Below are positions 56,577 through 61,867 of a DNA stretch of 61,867 nucleotides, in pieces (position 1 is the stretch's first letter; every line of letters begins with the position of its first letter). The notes beneath the pieces were generated by a model, which saw only the letters and a program-made list of their open reading frames with translations, had not been told where the DNA came from and searched no databases. The translations under genes and the position numbers were made by a program. This DNA comes from a virus. Lineage: Duplodnaviria; Caudoviricetes. The stretch lies in the IMG/VR virus record IMGVR_UViG_3300025570_000015, positions 1-61,867 of that record, one strand, 5' to 3'.

Positions 56577-57134
56577 CTATCTACCGTGGTTAGGGTGAAA
56601 ATTATATTTTTTTTCGGCGGCACTTCTAGCGGATGCTGCTTCTGTAATATTATCATAATATCCAAGGTTAATTGTTTTTCGATTAACGCCTATTTGTGCT
56701 GACCACTTTGATAATTTTTTATTCCAAGATACACCAATAATCCCGCTAGTATTAGTGCTAGGGCGTTTTTTATTTTTACCATTTTCACGAACACTAACAA
56801 CTCTCATATTTTTTATGCGGTTGTCTAATGGGTTTCCATTGATATGATCGATTTGTTTATTAGGCCATTTGCCGTGATATAATGCCCAAGCAACTCTGTG
56901 AGCGCCGTAAGCTATCTTGTTAACCTTGCATTTAAGATATCCTCTGCCATCCTTGTAGGTTGCAGTTTCTTTGCCGGCATAGTTACTATTCCAATATTTA
57001 ACTGATCTTTCGATGTTTGCTGTTTTAGGCGGGTAATGCTCTTTGGTTCTCTTGAGCCAATACATTCTGCCCGTCTTTGGGTTATAACGTATTGTCTTGC
57101 GTAAATACTCTACAGTTGGTAATTCTTTTTTCAT
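56577..57134 (-). CDS. HNH-AP2 homing endonuclease
   Basis: YNPKTG, AHRVAW, IDHINGNPLDNRIKNMR (HNH); NTSGIIGVSW...WSAQI...LGYY (AP2); absent from the left copy. Confidence 0.88.
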   Translation of the reverse strand: MKKELPTVEYLRKTIRYNPKTGRMYWLKRTKEHYPPKTANIERSVKYWNSNYAGKETATYKDGRGYLKCKVNKIAYGAHRVAWALYHGKWPNKQIDHINGNPLDNRIKNMRVVSVRENGKNKKRPSTNTSGIIGVSWNKKLSKWSAQIGVNRKTINLGYYDNITEAASARSAAEKKYNFHPNHGR

Positions 57135-57244
57135 CGCGGCTATCCTTTCATAGCTATTGCCGTGTAGGTGCATTACTTTTTGCAGTTTAAGTAATGCACC
57201 ATTATACTTTAAATTATTTTTTTTCGAGAAGCAACATAGGCAAT

Positions 57245-57485
57245 TGTGTGCGTGAGATTATACACACACACTACCCCCGTAGAATCCGTTGACGGGGGGG
57301 CTTCCTCGCTGCGCCAGATGTACTAGTTTCGCCTAAATGGAACAACGCATAGCTCATATTGGCTGTATATTGGCCTATATTTGGCTAACCTATTGATATC
57401 ATTAGATATACTGTAGATTTACCTGTATATGTCCGATAATGTATATTATGTTAACTTTCAGTTTATCCGAAACTGTTGACTATAG
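57245..57485. other. Conserved non-coding region with IHF box (57386-57398)
   Basis: Near-identical to 21108-21345. Confidence 0.65.
57429..57456 (+). other. dif: dif-like XerC/XerD site (second copy, direct repeat)
   Basis: ATGTCCGATAATGTATATTATGTTAACT, identical to 21290-21317. Confidence 0.85.
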
Positions 57486-57587
57486 TTTTGCTTTCTATTA
57501 CGCGGATGCGCCCGTGCAACGGCGTGCCAATGTGTTGTATCGCACGTAATCTACATGTAATGCAGAGCATGTTATGCCGCCAGTAAG

Positions 57588-57791
57588 TCAATGCACTGTC
57601 TTCTCTGCTTCCTCAAGCACTTGCTCATGCAGCTCTATGAGCGCCTCTGCCAATGATTGCAGTACAGTCTGAGCCGGCACAATAGTAAGCCTATCAGTTA
57701 TATAATCGCATAGCTCGTTTAGCTCATGGTCAGCATCGTCACTGTCAGCACAATGTAAATCTAAGGTTAAGTTTATGACAAACTCAGACAA
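57588..57791 (-). CDS. Small acidic hypothetical protein
   Basis: Homolog of 21449-21652. Confidence 0.6.
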   Translation of the reverse strand: MSEFVINLTLDLHCADSDDADHELNELCDYITDRLTIVPAQTVLQSLAEALIELHEQVLEEAEKTVH

Positions 57792-57804
57792 TGCTTTGCT
57801 CCGT

Positions 57805-57909
57805 GTTATGTGGGCGTGCAGTGAGGAAAGACAACCGCACGCCCCAGTTAAGCGGGCGTCGCATTGAAATGCAAAACAATGCGTCGGGAGGAGGAGAACC
57901 CGCTAACTA
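57805..57909 (-). ncRNA. Putative antisense sRNA (right copy)
   Basis: Same stems and loops as 21665-21770; promoter at 57911-57939. Confidence 0.65.
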
Positions 57910-57941
57910 TACTATGCCTTATGAAAGGCTGTTGATCAAGC

Positions 57942-58307
57942 CTATCCGACCTCATTTGCCAGCTCATGTGCCAATGCTAAATAACCGCAGCCATCAATGC
58001 TGCTATCCTCATGCACGCCACCGCGTAGCCTCGCAATCTTCAGCAAGGCCATCATGTTCGCCACGTCAGATGCAGCTACATCCCTGCCAAGATACGCGCT
58101 CCACATGCGAGCAATTGTCGTGAAGTTTTCCGCAGCACTTCCATACTGCCTCGCCCTATCCCCGTTAATCAAAAGATCAGCCGTGTCCAATACCTCAGAC
58201 CTCGACTTACCCCGGCCAACCTTCGCTTGATCTACTTCGCCCTCGCTTGCCTCGGTCTTGCCGCCAGCCGTTCTAATGTTTATCTTTTTCTTCATCTCTT
58301 GTTCCAT
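57942..58307 (-). CDS. DUF6378-like phage protein
   Basis: Homolog of 21803-22096 with an N-terminal extension. Confidence 0.7.
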   Translation of the reverse strand: MEQEMKKKINIRTAGGKTEASEGEVDQAKVGRGKSRSEVLDTADLLINGDRARQYGSAAENFTTIARMWSAYLGRDVAASDVANMMALLKIARLRGGVHEDSSIDGCGYLALAHELANEVG

Positions 58308-58334
58308 ATTATTTAACCCCGATTTTCCTTATCT

Positions 58335-58492
58335 CATACTATTCGCTTAACTACATACTAATATACTATACCTTAAGGTATATAGTATTAGTAGTAGATT
58401 GGTTACGATATACTAATTGCAATTAGTAGTTTGTCGTGTAAGTCATTGATATTGTTGCTACTAATGCTAATTAGTAGGTAATTAGTAGGTTG
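58335..58492. other. Putative replication origin (right copy)
   Basis: Palindrome TATACCTTAAGGTATA at 58367-58382; ATTAGTAG repeats at 58387, 58422, 58470 and 58481; IHF box at 58439. Confidence 0.65.
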
Positions 58493-58496
58493 CATT

Positions 58497-60377
58497 TTAG
58501 CTCATTTTCCCGAAATCATCGCAAAACCATATATAGCCTTCATTTTGCACAATATGACCAGCACTTGTGAGGCCTGCAATTGACTGCTTGTAGGTTTGTG
58601 ATGGGTTCGCTACGCCAGATACTTTACCCATGAAATGCTTCTTAATATCCTCCTCTTTAATAACCCAGAACGTGCTAGGTTCAGGCCAACCAACGCCGGC
58701 AGGATTGGACATGCCAATGCCCTCGCCTCGCAGCTGTTGGAAGCACGTCTTAAATAATATCTGATTCTTGCCCTTTATGGCTTTCTTATTGGCAGCTTCA
58801 ACGTCATCACTGCTTGCCGGCACGATCACACATGTCGTCACAGCATCGCCGTCCATATCATGCCCTAGCTCAATTACATTCAACTTAAAGTGAAACTTAC
58901 GCCCACCCTCCAAGTCTCTCTGCTTGGTGGCTAATGCAGTACGCAAGCCCGTCGCCTCGTCGTATGATAGCTCTATCTCAGTTTCCACAGCAGCTCTCAG
59001 TGAGCTATGCCCACGCGCCTTTGCGTCTAAGTTCTTGCCAGAGTGATGCACAAGCAATAGGTGGGCATCAGTCTCACCGCGTATCTTATCACACGCAGCT
59101 ATCACAGCCGTTGATGATGCAGGCGAGTTCTCATCGCCGCCGGGCATTGATCTCGATAGCGTATCCACGATAATCATAGCAATATCGCCATGCGCTTGTT
59201 TAACCTCGTCACACAAATCAATGATCAGCTGCACGTCAGCGTTTTCCTCAAGCAAATTCACTGGCAATGCACGCATAGCTAATTTAGCCTCATGCTCTGG
59301 ATATTGCTGGCGTAAGGCTACGATCCTATTATGCGTCGTCATACCGCCCTCAAGAGCTAAAAACAGCACGACGCCTCCCTTAACCTTATTGCCATGCCAA
59401 TCTTGCCCCGCAGATACATGCCACGCCACATCTTGCACAAAGAATGACTTACCAACATTGCTTGGCCCATACACCATCGAGAGCTGCCCAGCGCCAAACC
59501 ATCCTTTGACAAGATAACTCCTGTCTAGCTGTGGCATTGCATCGCCCGGAAAGAACACCTGATCAAGTAAGCTCTTCACTTCCAATGCCTTAGCAGTCGC
59601 TTCTTTACCTCGATTAACCCACATATCATTGAAGTCCCATCCGCCAACATCAGGCACAATAGACTTCACACCATGATCTGCCACGCATTTTTCAATGGCT
59701 TTAATGCCTGCCTCGTCGTTATCACCAGCCACCACTATGCGTAAATTAGGTCTAGCTTCAAGCAGCTCACCTATCACGGCAGTCATATTGCCCGCAGATA
59801 ATGCGAATACTGTTGGCCTATCTGTCGCCATATGCACTGACATTGCAGTTGCCCAACCTTCGCAAACGTAAATCAAATCGTTTAATTTACCACCAATTAC
59901 ACTAAAATTACCAACAACTGGCATACCTGACGAAAATTTCTTTGCGCCTGTCGGATTAATGCTCTGCGTGCCTACACGCTTACCTTTGGCATTTATTACA
60001 GGTATATCTAATATGTCACCCTTTATAGACGCATTGCCTAATCCAATCTTTTTCTTAATCAGGTATGGATGCGTTGCTTCTAGCTCTGCTTCAGGCCAAC
60101 TTATTGTATATTCTCTCGTCATTGGCTTCTCATTCTCATCAGGCCATAAACTCTGCCTTCGCAGCGCATCCTTTATGCCTGCATAATCTGAGCATTTACG
60201 GCACGTAACCATCACTTCATTATCAGACGTTTCCTTAATCCAGAACCGATCTTCACCCTGACATACCGGGCAAGCACCATGATATTCGCCTATGGCAGTC
60301 TTTTTCAATGATAATGCACTAATAATTTTATCTGAATATCTATCCCAGCTTGCATTTGGAAATTTCGTGTTTTGCAT
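58497..60377 (-). CDS. Primase-helicase (right copy)
   Basis: Homolog of 22360-24237. Confidence 0.9.
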   Translation of the reverse strand: MQNTKFPNASWDRYSDKIISALSLKKTAIGEYHGACPVCQGEDRFWIKETSDNEVMVTCRKCSDYAGIKDALRRQSLWPDENEKPMTREYTISWPEAELEATHPYLIKKKIGLGNASIKGDILDIPVINAKGKRVGTQSINPTGAKKFSSGMPVVGNFSVIGGKLNDLIYVCEGWATAMSVHMATDRPTVFALSAGNMTAVIGELLEARPNLRIVVAGDNDEAGIKAIEKCVADHGVKSIVPDVGGWDFNDMWVNRGKEATAKALEVKSLLDQVFFPGDAMPQLDRSYLVKGWFGAGQLSMVYGPSNVGKSFFVQDVAWHVSAGQDWHGNKVKGGVVLFLALEGGMTTHNRIVALRQQYPEHEAKLAMRALPVNLLEENADVQLIIDLCDEVKQAHGDIAMIIVDTLSRSMPGGDENSPASSTAVIAACDKIRGETDAHLLLVHHSGKNLDAKARGHSSLRAAVETEIELSYDEATGLRTALATKQRDLEGGRKFHFKLNVIELGHDMDGDAVTTCVIVPASSDDVEAANKKAIKGKNQILFKTCFQQLRGEGIGMSNPAGVGWPEPSTFWVIKEEDIKKHFMGKVSGVANPSQTYKQSIAGLTSAGHIVQNEGYIWFCDDFGKMS

Positions 60378-60398
60378 TTTATCCCTTCCTCAATTTAT

Positions 60399-60513
60399 CG
60401 GACACGTTGGACATGTCCCGCTTTTGTCTTGTCCTGTCTCGGACATAGTGGACATGTCTCGCAAATGTCCTGTCGTGTCCGTTAGACAAAACCTCGATCA
60501 GTTCTGTCTAACG
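60399..60513. promoter_or_regulatory. Hairpin cluster upstream of primase (with duplicated unit)
   Basis: Two cggaca..ggacatgtc units plus a cgttagaca/tgtctaacg stem. Confidence 0.55.
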
Positions 60514-60524
60514 CTGTGATTAAT

Positions 60525-61169
60525 TTAAAATGGAATGTCATCTTCCAAATCATTTGATGGTGTAGGCGTAGCTGGTGGCAATCCAAATGGGTCTTGCTCC
60601 ACACCATTTATTGGTGTTGCTCCACCAGAAAATCCGCCTGCAACTTCAGTAAATGGATCATCTGCTTCCTGCTTTTCAGCCAACTCCAACACCTGCACTG
60701 CACGTAATCTTAACGACACGCCATTAATTGTGCCAGTGTTGTATGGCACGACTGTCACTGCGATATTTACAGTTGACCCTGATGTCAGCTCAAATCCATC
60801 AGGCAATTTCTTGCGTGATGCATCTACTTGGCGTGGTGGGTTTGTAGCTTCGCCAGAATATGCGCCTTTTAGTTTAGCTTTACCGATCCAGTGACCCTGC
60901 TTGTTGTCATCGATTTTATACGGCAAACTTAATGGCTGTTCAGGCCACTTGCGTTTGCTAGTCTCCAACGCCGCCGCATTTTTGTATGACTGCATACAAA
61001 TAGTGTTCAGCTCTTTGCACTGCTCACCTGTCAGATTGAACGACATTTCGTATGCCGCGCCCTCTGCTGTAGGATCGCACTTTTGTGATTTGTACTCATC
61101 TTGATCAAATCTATATGTAGCATTTAATCTTGGGTATAGCGCTTTCACGCCGCTTATTATGTGTTGCAT
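60525..61169 (-). CDS. ssb: Single-stranded DNA-binding protein (right copy)
   Basis: Near-identical to 24343-24987. Confidence 0.8.
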   Translation of the reverse strand: MQHIISGVKALYPRLNATYRFDQDEYKSQKCDPTAEGAAYEMSFNLTGEQCKELNTICMQSYKNAAALETSKRKWPEQPLSLPYKIDDNKQGHWIGKAKLKGAYSGEATNPPRQVDASRKKLPDGFELTSGSTVNIAVTVVPYNTGTINGVSLRLRAVQVLELAEKQEADDPFTEVAGGFSGGATPINGVEQDPFGLPPATPTPSNDLEDDIPF

Positions 61170-61216
61170 TTTACAACTCCTTTAAATGTGTGCAGCACCC
61201 CTGCACTGGGATTAGT

Positions 61217-61867
61217 TTATAAGCCGTGGTTTTCGTCTAACCATGCTGGCAAATGTAATGTCTCAAGTTCAGGCCATCCAGTGTCGTAAACATTTGTCTC
61301 TTGAGCCACTTTAATTTTGCGCAATGTTTTAAACATTTCATCTTCAGCATACTTATTGTATTTATCTGATAATTCATAGCAGGCCGTGGCATAGCTGTTC
61401 TTCTCAGTTGCAACAAATATAAAGTTTGTAGTTTCAATTCCGCATAGCTTTAATACATAACGATAGAAACATGCCTGCAAATCATATCGGAAGTTTCTTA
61501 CTGACTTATCAAAGCCGCGCTGTGATGCATCCAAGCAAGACTTTAAGTCTATCACTATGCCTGCCTCTTTTAACAATCCATCCGGGCGGCATTTAAGCTC
61601 AAGCCCTGTTTTTGGGCATTCAGCTATAAAGCTGTATTCAGCAAGCATGTCCTTATTAGTCAGTAAGTTACGCGCCATTTTATTTTGCAGGCAACCATCT
61701 ACCATTTTCTGACACTGTTCATATTCACCACTTGGCAACAGTATTTCATCTTGAGTTAAGAACTCTTCCTGATCCTTCCAAGCCTTGCTGCCACGACGTG
61801 ATAAACCAGAGTCATGTACTAAATTTTTCTCTGGCTCTAACACCATAGCATGGAATGCAGAGCCTAA
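61217..61867 (-). CDS. Exonuclease VIII-like nuclease (5'-truncated by window end)
   Basis: Homolog of 25034-25828. Confidence 0.85.
   Translation of the reverse strand, partial: LGSAFHAMVLEPEKNLVHDSGLSRRGSKAWKDQEEFLTQDEILLPSGEYEQCQKMVDGCLQNKMARNLLTNKDMLAEYSFIAECPKTGLELKCRPDGLLKEAGIVIDLKSCLDASQRGFDKSVRNFRYDLQACFYRYVLKLCGIETTNFIFVATEKNSYATACYELSDKYNKYAEDEMFKTLRKIKVAQETNVYDTGWPELETLHLPAWLDENHGL

Larger units (their letters stand above)
1..61867. mobile_element. Two related podovirus-like phage genomes in tandem (about 1.65 units; tandem prophage array, heterodimer or assembly chimera)
   Basis: Portal, tail, terminase and primase-helicase genes each occur twice in the same order (portal 191 and 37648; TerL 19134 and 54676; primase 22360 and 58497). 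The copies are similar but not identical. No host housekeeping genes. Confidence 0.93.

Noticed and set aside
1-61867. CRISPR array or diversity-generating retroelement
   Set aside because: I saw no regularly spaced repeat-spacer units, no reverse transcriptase motifs and no adenine-specific template/variable repeat pair.
1-61867. Integrase, CI repressor, DNA polymerase, alternative genetic code
   Set aside because: No catalytic motifs for these in any ORF; genes are full-length and tightly packed under the standard code.

Overview
The window is entirely bacteriophage DNA with no host genes. It holds about 1.65 head-to-tail copies of a ~36-37.5 kb podovirus-like (short-tailed dsDNA) genome. 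Region 1-25.7 kb recurs, diverged, at 37458-61867; the early, lysis and capsid block (25.8-37.4 kb) appears once. Recognisable genes: portal, ejection proteins, tail tube A/B, tail fibres, TerS/TerL, primase-helicase, SSB, exonuclease, RuvC-like resolvase, GH19 endolysin, holin, capsid and scaffold. I see no integrase, CI repressor or DNA polymerase. Main observations: (1) each copy carries an identical 28-bp dif-like XerC/XerD site beside an IHF box, suggesting a tailed phage that uses host Xer recombination and may form tandem arrays; (2) a conserved ~100-nt structured RNA with its own promoter has loops complementary to the translation-initiation regions of the primase-helicase and the first early gene; (3) a six-gene exported pilin/chaperone-like module sits inside the lysis cassette; (4) a polymorphic effector locus has swapped C-terminal domains (ParB+ART in one copy) and a hidden convergent candidate immunity gene; (5) one early protein fuses a capsid-like motif to an RNAP alpha-CTD-like domain. 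The first 127 nt match 37458-37584 exactly, so the tandem arrangement could be an assembly chimera and needs read-level checking. All family calls come from motif recognition by eye, not database searches.
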